Position numbers and translations under genes: made by a program. Source: Candidatus Fermentibacterota bacterium (GTDB taxonomy: Bacteria; JAFGKV01). From it: a DNA stretch of 49,460 bases. Location of the stretch: NCBI GenBank assembly GCA_016928395.1, contig JAFGKV010000138.1, positions 1 to 49,460 of the forward strand, written 5' to 3'. Within the stretch, counting starts at the first letter, position 1; the number at the start of each line of letters is the position of its first letter. The notes beneath the pieces are model-generated. The model searched no databases. It worked only from the letters and a program-made list of their open reading frames with translations, and had not been told where the DNA came from. Below, one piece after another: positions 18,218 to 26,876 of this stretch.

Positions 18218-18863
18218 GCCCGACGCTGCTCTCCCGCCTCCGCCACGCATACCGTTCCGCGGCCTGAGTGGTTTGCCACAGATGCTCTGGCGCCGTGTTG
18301 CTCAGGTGGATGTGATTGGGGGTCAACCGGATGCCGACTTCGTCGAAGCAATGGCGAACAAAGCTGGAGCAGTAGAGAGCTGTTGCTTCCTGGAATGGAT
18401 TGGCGCGCCATACTCGCGCGGCCACGATCTGCCACCATGTCCCCACGAGCTGCATGATGGGGTAGGCAACCTGCTGCCCGTACACGAATTGCAGGGCGGC
18501 TGCCTGGAGAGCAGAGACCCTGTCCTCCGCGCCGGAGATCTCCAGAACGGCGGCGTGTTCCACGGCATCCACCGACCACTTGCGAAGCCTGCTCTCTTGC
18601 GCGCCATTGCGGAATTGTGGTCGGTCAAAATCAGGCTCCAGATCACTCTCGAAGATGTAGATCTCTCCGTCAGCCCGCTCCTCGCCCATGAGAAACACGT
18701 GGGACCACCGGGACGGCGTGCCGTCCAGAGTAATTCGGCTCTGCGCATCCCGAATGGCGGTACCTACCGCGTCGGTGGTGCCCACGAATCCGATGCGCCC
18801 TGGCCGGTGATGCCGAGTGAAGAACTCAAACAGCTCGGGACAGAGTTCCGCCTTGGAAATCAT
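18210..18863 (-). CDS. Permuted papain-like (YaeF/YiiX, circularly permuted NlpC/P60) amidase-family protein
   Basis: His motif RWSHVFL comes before Cys motif LYCSSFV, with IFES and Y-P between them and a C-terminal TAPEHL. Confidence 0.65.
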   Translation of the reverse strand: MISKAELCPELFEFFTRHHRPGRIGFVGTTDAVGTAIRDAQSRITLDGTPSRWSHVFLMGEERADGEIYIFESDLEPDFDRPQFRNGAQESRLRKWSVDAVEHAAVLEISGAEDRVSALQAAALQFVYGQQVAYPIMQLVGTWWQIVAARVWRANPFQEATALYCSSFVRHCFDEVGIRLTPNHIHLSNTAPEHLWQTTQAAERYAWRRRESSVGHA

Positions 18864-20299
18864 AGGGAAAGCCTGGCCAGAAGGGCCACGAGAAAAGCAA
18901 AGGAACGTTGTACTGACCCGATGTGCACCCGCTCATCGGGAGAGTGGGGATTGACAATGGTCGGACCAATGGAGATTGCATCCAATCCCGGAAGCTTCTG
19001 CGAGAGAATGCCGCACTCAAGCCCCGCGTGCACCGTGGCGATGACCGGGGTCTTCCCATGGACCCTGGCGAACGTCTCCGACGCGGCGGACAGAAGGGGG
19101 GAATCTGCCGCCCGAGGCCATGGAGGGTACTCGTTGGTCCTGGTTGGCTCAAGCCCGATGAGTCTCGTCAAGGCCTCAACCCTCGCCGCTGCATGCTCAA
19201 GGGCATGGGGCACGGAGCTTCTCAAGGAGACAAGGACCCGGAGATTACCGCGTAGAGCTTCCACAACCGCCAGATTGGCGGATGTTTCCACCATGTTGCC
19301 AAGGTCAGGATCCACTGCCCAGACGCCATGGGGAAAGCCGGCTACGAACTGTAGCAGGCGATGCGTCGAGGCGGAGGAGAAGACGAGGGTTCCTCTGTCG
19401 GCGGGCTCAATTCGAACGGCTATGCCATCGTCGCGACTTTGCAGCGCCTTGCGCCACCACGCGGTCCGCCCATCCGCCCAGGCGTCCAGATCCGCCCTGT
19501 CGCGCACAAGGACGACGGCGTGGGCATCGCGGGGAATGGCATTCGATTTCGTACCGCCCACCAACTCGGCCACCAGCAATTCGGGATGCGTGCCCGCGAG
19601 ATCGATAAGGCTGGCAGCAAGCAGACTTACCGCATTGCCGCGGCCCGTGTGGATGTCGATGCCCGAGTGGCCACCGCGCAGCCCCTCCATCACGACCCGC
19701 ACGGGAATTCCGTCGAGCATCATGTCCGGAAGACAGGCAATGTCGCGCTGCGCCGTGATCTCGACGCCACCGGCGCATCCAACCAGAATCTCATTCTCAT
19801 CTTCGGCATCGAGGTTGATAAGACTGCGGCCGTGCACGAAATCATCGGAAAGGGCGGCTGCGCCCTTGAGCCCGACCTCCTCCTCCACGGTGGCTAGCAA
19901 CTCCAGAGGGGGATGTCGCAGCGAGGTGCTCTCCAGTATGGCCAAAGCCATGGCCAGACCAATCCCATTGTCTGCCCCCAAGGTTGTCCCCTGGGCGCGA
20001 ACCCAGTCTCCGTCAGTCAACGGCACGATGGGATCCGTGCCAAAATCATGGCCATGGCGTGGAAGCTTCTCGCACACCATGTCAAGGTGCGCCTGAAGGA
20101 CTATCGGCGGGGCCGATACTCCCTCAGAGGCCTGCTTCCTCACGACCACATTGCCACATGCGTCTCGCCTTGATTCCAGGCCCAGCTCGCGCGCCGTCTC
20201 CACGACAAAATCGCCGACACGCGACTCATTGCCTGAGCAACGAGGAATCCGCGACAGTGATTCGAAGTGCTCCCACACGCTGGAGGGCTGTAGGTTCAT
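18860..20299 (-). CDS. pepD: Aminoacyl-histidine dipeptidase (M20C)
   Basis: IPRCSGNE, LQAHLDMVCEK, GTTLGADNGIG, EEEVGL.GA, NLDAEDE, GGHSG.DIH.GR.NA, HAGLECG, HSPDE. Confidence 0.95.
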   Translation of the reverse strand: MNLQPSSVWEHFESLSRIPRCSGNESRVGDFVVETARELGLESRRDACGNVVVRKQASEGVSAPPIVLQAHLDMVCEKLPRHGHDFGTDPIVPLTDGDWVRAQGTTLGADNGIGLAMALAILESTSLRHPPLELLATVEEEVGLKGAAALSDDFVHGRSLINLDAEDENEILVGCAGGVEITAQRDIACLPDMMLDGIPVRVVMEGLRGGHSGIDIHTGRGNAVSLLAASLIDLAGTHPELLVAELVGGTKSNAIPRDAHAVVLVRDRADLDAWADGRTAWWRKALQSRDDGIAVRIEPADRGTLVFSSASTHRLLQFVAGFPHGVWAVDPDLGNMVETSANLAVVEALRGNLRVLVSLRSSVPHALEHAAARVEALTRLIGLEPTRTNEYPPWPRAADSPLLSAASETFARVHGKTPVIATVHAGLECGILSQKLPGLDAISIGPTIVNPHSPDERVHIGSVQRSFAFLVALLARLSL

Positions 20300-21849
20300 G
20301 ATTTCTCTCCTCTCCTGGCCTCGACTCCATCGAGCACCAAGCGTCCCTCCACAACGGATCCCAAGCTGGCCTTTGCCCGGACCGCTCGCTCCACGGCGGA
20401 GCTCAGAAGAATCGAATGGTCGTACACGTCACTGGGTACCATGCCAAGGTATCGTTGGGAATGAGCTGATGCCACGAAGTCGACCGTGGCGCACTTGTAG
20501 ATCGAATCCGGCTTGATGGGCATGCCGGCCAGGGCCGTCTCCATGATGGTGTCGGTTCCCACCACTGTGGCGCGACATGAGCACCCAGAGACCTGCAGAA
20601 TGCCGTGGGACTCGGCGATGGCCGCCTCGACGTTGTGGCGGAGGATCACGTCCAGCTCGCGGCCTGTGCAGGAGAACGTCACGACAGTGTTTGCAAACGG
20701 TACGACTTCGCGGATCTGCCGGATCGTGAGTGGTCCGGGGAGCACATCGGAGCGGAAGGTGCCGGAGTTGACGAATGCTACGTCGGCATCCGCGTACCAG
20801 CGGAGCGCATCCGCCACCCAGTTGCCCAAAGCGCTTTCCCGGTGATACGAACGACCCATACGGGTGGCTATCTCGCCCACCGTGTCGCCGTACGCGGCCT
20901 CCAGGGAGGCATCGAGGGAGTCAGCCAACCAGGCCAGCGATCCCGGAACAGAGGGTGCCGAAACGGTGTCATCCAGCAGGATAAGCCGGTTTTCATAGTT
21001 CACCGCGCGATCCTCGCGCACCTCGAGATCGAGGCGACCCAGGTAGCGCAGTTTGGTTCCGGCTTGCACGATGATGACTCCATTGTGCTCTTCCGGCGTC
21101 TCCAGCCGGTCATGGCTGTGACCGCCCACGATCACGTCGACCACTGGGCCAAGACGTCTCGCCAGATACCGGTCAACTTCCAGGCCGCAGTGAGAAAGCA
21201 CCACCAGGAGATCTGTCCGGGGATCCAGAAACCGTGCCAAGGAATCGCTCACCACCCCGGGCTGCAGCACCTCGAACCGTGCCGACGTCGCTCGAGACAC
21301 CAGCTGCTCAAGCCTGTTGGTTACCACGCCGATAACCCCGACGCGGAGGCCTCCCCGTCGGAACACGACCCAGCCCGCGCCGGTCAGCGGTGTGCCCGTA
21401 TCGTTGAGGACATTGGCGGCCAGCACCGGGAAGCTCGCCAGCGAGAGCGCTCGAGACAGATTGTCTGCACCGAAGTCGAGATCGTGATTCCCAAGGCTCA
21501 TGGCATCATACCCCAGCGCGTTCATGAACCGAATCATGTGACCCCCCTGCACGCCACGGTAGACCAGGTCCCCCGCCGGGCCACCCGAAAGCAGATCTCC
21601 TCCATCGAGAAGCAGCCAGTGCTTCACGCCCTTCCGTTCCCTCTCAAACTGCCGCCTAAGGGAGACGAAGCCTCCCACCAAAGGCTCGCCGTCGACCCAC
21701 ACCGCCGGGGATGGTCCGTAGGTCGCATGGATGTCATTGGTGTAGAACAGTGTGATCCCTCGCTCCCGAGGGCCACACCCCACCCACAGCATCGCCGCCA
21801 GAATTGGCCACCGTGTGGCCTGGGCGGCTCGTATCATGATGCGCCTCAA
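20296..21849 (-). CDS. Bifunctional metallophosphatase/5'-nucleotidase, possible lipoprotein
   Basis: TNDIH, DGGD, GNHD, LSHCG, GGHSH; C-terminal 5'-nucleotidase domain ESALGNWVADA, NSGTFR, PFAN. Possible lipobox WVGC. Confidence 0.92.
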   Translation of the reverse strand: MRRIMIRAAQATRWPILAAMLWVGCGPRERGITLFYTNDIHATYGPSPAVWVDGEPLVGGFVSLRRQFERERKGVKHWLLLDGGDLLSGGPAGDLVYRGVQGGHMIRFMNALGYDAMSLGNHDLDFGADNLSRALSLASFPVLAANVLNDTGTPLTGAGWVVFRRGGLRVGVIGVVTNRLEQLVSRATSARFEVLQPGVVSDSLARFLDPRTDLLVVLSHCGLEVDRYLARRLGPVVDVIVGGHSHDRLETPEEHNGVIIVQAGTKLRYLGRLDLEVREDRAVNYENRLILLDDTVSAPSVPGSLAWLADSLDASLEAAYGDTVGEIATRMGRSYHRESALGNWVADALRWYADADVAFVNSGTFRSDVLPGPLTIRQIREVVPFANTVVTFSCTGRELDVILRHNVEAAIAESHGILQVSGCSCRATVVGTDTIMETALAGMPIKPDSIYKCATVDFVASAHSQRYLGMVPSDVYDHSILLSSAVERAVRAKASLGSVVEGRLVLDGVEARRGEKS

Positions 21850-21914
21850 CCGCGCCTCCAGCAGGTGTGGGAGAGCTGAATGGGAATGCCGTGAAGTACG
21901 GCATGGTCGCCGCT

Positions 21915-21943
21915 AACTTAGACCCATGGAAGTACGGGAGCAA
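21915..21943 (-). promoter_or_regulatory. Putative sigma70 promoter for the long minus-strand run
   Basis: Minus strand TTGCTC-N17-TAAGTT, about 65 bp upstream of the nucleotidase start. Confidence 0.4.
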
Positions 21944-22270
21944 CTCGCAAGGGCGAATACCAATGCGCCGACGGCAGATGTCGAGGCATCAAGAAGCCTT
22001 GCGGTCTGTGCCGATGGGCGGAACGCTCGTGGGCTTGCCCCATCCGCACTACCGCACTATCCTCAGCCCCACCCGCTCATCTGACCCGTGGATGTCGATG
22101 GACCAAAGAGGCATCCATGCCGTGAGGTCGAGGAACTCCCGGTCAACGCATTACGACGTCGGCAGGCGGCGGTGAACACCAGACACCGCCTTGAGCGGGA
22201 ATCCGGCATGCCCATTCCCTACATCGGGTGTCTTCCCCGAAAGACTCCGAAACACGGACGGAGGTACGAC

Positions 22271-23254
22271 ATGGCTGAGAAGATACTACAGACTGTTTTG
22301 CTGCTGGCATTGCCTGCATCCGGCAAATCGGAGGTCCGTCGCTACCTTGAGTTCCTCTCTCCGGAGAGGCGCGCCGCGGAGTTGCACCTCGGTGAGGATG
22401 TCCAGCTCGACGATTTTCCCTATGTCCATTTGATGCGGCGAATCGACAACGTTCTGGCCTCCCAGGGCTTCTCCAGGCTCTTCTTCAAGGCCGACGACCG
22501 GCCCTTTCTCGACCCTCGCGATTGGGGCACTCTCATCAACCTGCTCAACGACGACTATGCCGCCATCCTTGCGCCTCTGGAGCCCACTCCGCCATCTGCC
22601 GCCGCCGTGATTTGCCACCGCATAGATGCGGCCGCACTGCCCGTGGGTATTCCCGCACGGATTGAGGGCTTGGATCCGACGATTCGAGAGATGCTGCTGT
22701 GCGCCATCGAAGATGAATGCCAGGAGGTGCTGGGACACCGCCAGGCCCGGCACACCGGAGGGCTTCTTGGCAAAACACTGATCATCGAATTCGCCCGGGG
22801 AGGCCCCCAAGGCTCGACGATGCCCCTCCCGGCACCCTTCGGCTATCGTTACTCATTGTCCTTGTTGTCGGAAGCGATTCTCCGGCACGCGGTCGTCCTC
22901 TATGTCTGGGTCACGCCCGAAGAATCGCGCCGCAAGAACCGCGAGAGGACCGACCCCGACAATCCCGGATCCATCCTCCACCATGGCGTACCCACGGAAG
23001 TGATGCTCCAGGACTACGGGTGCGATGACATAGAATGGCTCGAGCAAAACGCCCAGCGTCCCGGCACGGTCACCGTAGATGCCGGAGGCAGGGTCTTCCA
23101 TCTCCCGATAGCCTGCCTGGACAACCGAAGCGACATGACCTCCTTCCTCCGGCAGGATCCCGGCACCTGGAAGCAGGAGGACATCGAGAGAGTCCATCAG
23201 GGCCTTAGACAGGCTCTTGATCTACTGGCATCCCGGCACGAATCAGGGGCATGA
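22271..23254 (+). CDS. Uncharacterised P-loop NTPase (nucleotide-kinase-like fold)
   Basis: GGAGG RBS before ATG 22271; Walker A variant LLLALPASGKS; Walker-B-like LIIEFARG; VLYVWVTPEESRRKNRER lid-like segment. Confidence 0.7.
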   Translation: MAEKILQTVLLLALPASGKSEVRRYLEFLSPERRAAELHLGEDVQLDDFPYVHLMRRIDNVLASQGFSRLFFKADDRPFLDPRDWGTLINLLNDDYAAILAPLEPTPPSAAAVICHRIDAAALPVGIPARIEGLDPTIREMLLCAIEDECQEVLGHRQARHTGGLLGKTLIIEFARGGPQGSTMPLPAPFGYRYSLSLLSEAILRHAVVLYVWVTPEESRRKNRERTDPDNPGSILHHGVPTEVMLQDYGCDDIEWLEQNAQRPGTVTVDAGGRVFHLPIACLDNRSDMTSFLRQDPGTWKQEDIERVHQGLRQALDLLASRHESGA

Positions 23255-23358
23255 GGTCACGACTGCACCTGGATCCTTGACTGGGGGTACCGGGATCCTG
23301 CTAATTAATCGGTTCGTCGTCTCAGTAAGGTCCCTCGTGATACAGGAGTGTGAACTCT

Positions 23359-23649
23359 ATGCAAAAAAGGCGTAGATCGCCGATACCAGCGAAACGAAAG
23401 CACGACAGAACTGATGAACAGGAGAAGCGCCCTGCCAAACAGGGGGCCCTCGAAGTGCAGGGAACCGTGACGGAACCCCTTCCCAATGCGATGTTCCGTG
23501 TGACCCTCGAAAACGGCCACATCGTTCTCGCTCATGTCTCCGGCAAGATGCGCAAGCACTTCATTCGCATCCTCCCGGGCGACAAGGTGACTGTAGAGCT
23601 CTCGCCGTACGATCTGTCTCGGGGCAGAATCACCTACCGCTTCAAGTAG
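23359..23649 (+). CDS. infA: Translation initiation factor IF-1 with N-terminal extension
   Basis: [62 protein letters not shown] is canonical IF-1. AGGAG upstream of ATG 23359. Confidence 0.95.
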   Translation: MQKRRRSPIPAKRKHDRTDEQEKRPAKQGALEVQGTVTEPLPNAMFRVTLENGHIVLAHVSGKMRKHFIRILPGDKVTVELSPYDLSRGRITYRFK

Positions 23650-23664
23650 CCCCGCTGACGGGGC
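23649..23664. terminator. Short GC hairpin between convergent infA and HEAT genes
   Basis: GCCCCG-CTGA-CGGGGC with no clear U-tract. Confidence 0.3.
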
Positions 23665-23680
23665 GGTTCTCCTTGCCAGA

Positions 23681-24724
23681 CTATGCGGAACGTCGTGTGA
23701 TCTCGTTGAGCAACAGCCGTGCCTGCGAGGCAATGACGGGGTCGCGTGACCGGCCGACCGCGCGCAGGCAGGTGGTCACGGCATGTCTTCGCACATCGCG
23801 GGAAGCATGCCACTCCCGGACAACTCCCAACGCGATGGCGGGATGCTCCTTGGAGAGGCGGTAGAGCCGGCGCAGGGCCACGCCACGCACGGCGCCAACT
23901 GAATCATTGAGTAGGGACCGGAGAATCGTCAGTGCTTCGAAGGGTGCGCTTACTTGCCAGTGGGTGAGACCGCGCGCCACCTCCATCCGCGACAGGTGGT
24001 GCGACCGATCAGCCGCGAGACTCTTCAGCATGGGAATCGCCGCCTCCGGATCCCGCATCCCATGACGACTGAGCACGCGAGCAGCAGCGGCACGCACCAG
24101 GGGAGACGCGTCAGTCGCGAGCCGCATCGCTGCGGGCAGAAGCACCTCCATTGGCGGTTCCACCAGCGACCCCATCCACAGAAGCGCGGTCTCCCGCACG
24201 TCAGCGACCTGGCTCTGGAACCACCCTTCGACTCCGTGGAAAATACCGTTTCCCCCACTGGCAAGGCACGCATCCAAGACGAAGAACACCTCCCGCTGGA
24301 CCCACCCGTGGGGCGTCTCCGCAGCAACCTCCAGAGCCCGTGAGACCCTGATCGGCACGCGGGTGGCCGCGGCCCCCAAAGCCCTTATGCGGCTGACCTC
24401 CACCCACGGTTCCGATTCCCGCCTCAGGCTCATGCGTTCCGTCGGCGAGACGAGCAGATCTGCAGGGCATCTCCCCAGTGCGTCATAGGCTTCCGCGCGC
24501 ACATCATCACTGGCGCTGAACGCCAGTTCTTCCAGTACTCGGACTGCGCCTGGTTCGCGGTGGGCGATTCCACCCATCAGCCTGGCCACGAATCGCTGTC
24601 TGAGCACAGAGAGCCCCTCAAGGCAATGATGAACAGCACACGACTCGCCCGCCTCCGCCAGAGCGCACAGGCGCAAAGCCGTGTGATGTAGTGCGCATAG
24701 TCCGGCCACGTCGACATCCTCCAT
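23681..24724 (-). CDS. HEAT-repeat protein
   Basis: Repeated motifs LATDASPLVRAAAARVL, LAADRSHHLSR, LLNDSVGAVR. GGAG before ATG 24724. Confidence 0.75.
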   Translation of the reverse strand: MEDVDVAGLCALHHTALRLCALAEAGESCAVHHCLEGLSVLRQRFVARLMGGIAHREPGAVRVLEELAFSASDDVRAEAYDALGRCPADLLVSPTERMSLRRESEPWVEVSRIRALGAAATRVPIRVSRALEVAAETPHGWVQREVFFVLDACLASGGNGIFHGVEGWFQSQVADVRETALLWMGSLVEPPMEVLLPAAMRLATDASPLVRAAAARVLSRHGMRDPEAAIPMLKSLAADRSHHLSRMEVARGLTHWQVSAPFEALTILRSLLNDSVGAVRGVALRRLYRLSKEHPAIALGVVREWHASRDVRRHAVTTCLRAVGRSRDPVIASQARLLLNEITRRSA

Positions 24725-24774
24725 GGTCTCCAAGTAGGTGAGGGCGCCCCGTTGCGCAAGCCGGCTCTCCCGGC

Positions 24775-24803
24775 TTGACGGCAGTACCCAATCGAGGTAT
24801 CGT
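24775..24803 (+). promoter_or_regulatory. Putative sigma70 promoter of the beta-barrel gene
   Basis: TTGACG-N17-TATCGT. Confidence 0.55.
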
Positions 24804-24876
24804 TTTGGTCTCCGTGGCGTTCCTCGTCTGTGGTCGGTCCCGTGCTGCCACGCATCACTCTCAACAGGAGGTCCCA

Positions 24877-26142
24877 GTGATCAGATTCATGACATGCTGC
24901 CTGATCTTCAGCGCGACCGGAGCCTTCGCGTATCAAGCATCCCTCACCGGCAGCGGCGCCAGAGCCATGGGCATGGGAGGCGCCTTCATCGCAGTTGCCG
25001 ACGATGCCACAGCCATAAGCTGGAATCCGGCAGGGTTGACCCGATTGGATACTCCCGAAGTGGGTGCAGCCGTGACCTTCGGTTCGGGAGGATGGGATCT
25101 CAGCCTGGGTGACACGTACGGGGATGTACTCATGTCTGATATCGACATGGACAGCAAGCTGACCCTCAACTTCGCCAGCGGAGTCTATCCTCTGAACCTT
25201 GGCACACGTCACGCGGTCGGAGCGTTAGCCTACCGCCGGTACTGGGACTTCACCCAGAAGACGACGCAGACCTTCACCTATTTCGAGGAGATCCCGGTCG
25301 ACGTCGACGGGGATGGATACGTAGACGGGTATACCGATCAGGTGAAGTACGTGGACGATGTCTCGGGGGCGGTTGCCGCATTGACGCCCGCCTTTGCGGT
25401 GCAATTGAGTCCCCGGTTCTCCATCGGAGCCACTGCCAGCATCATGACGGGCGGCCGCGACGCGACTACTGAGGAGTCGTTCACCTACTACGACTACTAC
25501 TATGGATTCCAAGATTCATATCAGGACGAATCGACCGCCAGCAATGGGTATTCTGGCTTCACCGGGGAGTTGGGCGTCTTGGCCGATCTCTCGTCGCAAA
25601 TCCGAGTGGGGGCCGTTGCATCGCTTCCCTGGACTCTCAAGATCAAGGACCAGGAAATCGATGGTCGTGCGGTAGGTGATGATGTGGAACAGAGACTCCC
25701 GGCCTTCTTCGGGGCCGGCCTGGCCGTGAAACCGATGCCAAATACCACGCTAGCATTCGACATCCGTCACCATGCCTGGTCCAAGGTCGAGCTCGACGGT
25801 CAGGAGGTTGATTGGCCTGACGCCACGGTGCTCCGGGGAGGAGTTGAGTATCTCCTGATCGGCCAGAGCGCGGTACTACCGCTGCGGGCTGGCTACTTCG
25901 TTGAACCCCTCCCGGAGAGAGAGGTGGAGGGAGTTGACTCAGCCTACAACCCGGTCTATGGCGACCAGCTGAAGAACAAGGCGTTCACTGTAGGGGTTGG
26001 GCTCGTCATGGGTAGCATCACGCTGGATGCATGCTTCGCACGAACCACCTTGAAGTTTGACGACGCATACGGCACAAACACCATAACCGACAACGCCTTC
26101 ACGCTGTCGACTGTGGTGCACCTGGGCCAGGGATCCCATTAG
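24877..26142 (+). CDS. Outer-membrane beta-barrel, FadL/OmpP1/PorV-like
   Basis: AGGAGG RBS, GTG start, signal peptide, hatch motif GARAMGMGGAFIAVADDATAISWNPAGL, alternating beta-strands, LRGGVEY, PLRAGY. Confidence 0.85.
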   Translation: MIRFMTCCLIFSATGAFAYQASLTGSGARAMGMGGAFIAVADDATAISWNPAGLTRLDTPEVGAAVTFGSGGWDLSLGDTYGDVLMSDIDMDSKLTLNFASGVYPLNLGTRHAVGALAYRRYWDFTQKTTQTFTYFEEIPVDVDGDGYVDGYTDQVKYVDDVSGAVAALTPAFAVQLSPRFSIGATASIMTGGRDATTEESFTYYDYYYGFQDSYQDESTASNGYSGFTGELGVLADLSSQIRVGAVASLPWTLKIKDQEIDGRAVGDDVEQRLPAFFGAGLAVKPMPNTTLAFDIRHHAWSKVELDGQEVDWPDATVLRGGVEYLLIGQSAVLPLRAGYFVEPLPEREVEGVDSAYNPVYGDQLKNKAFTVGVGLVMGSITLDACFARTTLKFDDAYGTNTITDNAFTLSTVVHLGQGSH

Positions 26143-26161
26143 CATTTTCTAGTCAAACGCC

Positions 26162-26202
26162 AACGCCACGAGGGGCGCGCAACCTGCGCCCCTCGTGGCG
26201 TT
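26162..26202. terminator. Perfect 17-bp stem-loop downstream of the barrel gene
   Basis: AACGCCACGAGGGGCGC-gcaacct-GCGCCCCTCGTGGCGTT. Confidence 0.6.
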
Positions 26203-26319
26203 TGAGCGGCAACACACCTGCGATCGAGCAGGCTGTTCTTGGCGAAACGGCGCATGCGACCGGCCCTGGAAATCGACGTGCAGGTAGGCCGCAAAGACAA
26301 CGTCGCGCTGGCGTACGGT

Positions 26320-26347
26320 ATCGGCCGAGGCAAATGCCCCGGCCGAT
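26320..26347 (-). terminator. Stem-loop after the Pro-rich gene
   Basis: ATCGGCCGAGGC-AAAT-GCCCCGGCCGAT; the single mismatch is a G-U pair on the minus strand. Confidence 0.45.
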
Positions 26348-26354
26348 GAGGCTT

Positions 26355-26876
26355 CTAACTGAATTGACCGAGCAGGCCCTTGAGTTTCTCCTGGAGAGTC
26401 TCAAGCTCCTTGGTCTTGCCGGAGTACTTCTCGCGAGCGGCCATGATTTCGTTTCGGATCTGAACCAACTCCACGCCCAGAGTCTGGATTCTCTGGAACA
26501 TCTCGGGAAGCTGGTCGTCCTTGGCGGGCTGGTCCCCTTCGGGTTTAGGCTCGGAGGGCTTTAGCTCGACAGGCTTCTCGTCCACAGGCTTCTCCTCTGT
26601 CTTGGGAGCGTTCTCCGTCGCGGGTTGTGGTATCGGAGGCGGCTCCACGGCCTTCATGTCTGGCTTGCTTCCTGGGGCACCCGGAGGCATACCCTCCGGC
26701 GCCGGGGGCTTTGGCTGCTCGGGCTCCTTCTTGGCTGGAGGCTCTTCAGGAATCAGATCCCCCAGCAGTCTTTCGGCCATGGCAGCCTCCTTGGCGAGCA
26801 ATTCCTGAGGAGCAATCGGCGTCTTTCCCGCCTGAGTGCCGTTCTCCTCATCCGAGCGCTTCCTGGTCCTGAACAT
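26355..26876 (-). CDS. Hypothetical Pro/Glu/Lys-rich disordered protein with C-terminal coiled coil
   Basis: Purine-rich RBS before ATG 26876 (MFRTRKRS); PEK-rich middle; heptad C-terminus FQRIQTLGVELVQIRNEI...LETLQEKLKGLL. Confidence 0.7.
   Translation of the reverse strand: MFRTRKRSDEENGTQAGKTPIAPQELLAKEAAMAERLLGDLIPEEPPAKKEPEQPKPPAPEGMPPGAPGSKPDMKAVEPPPIPQPATENAPKTEEKPVDEKPVELKPSEPKPEGDQPAKDDQLPEMFQRIQTLGVELVQIRNEIMAAREKYSGKTKELETLQEKLKGLLGQFS

Noticed and set aside
17655..20096. 813-aa + strand ORF
   Set aside because: It lies antisense to pepD, the amidase and pnp, is Ser/Arg/Pro-rich and has no motifs: a shadow ORF typical of high-GC DNA.
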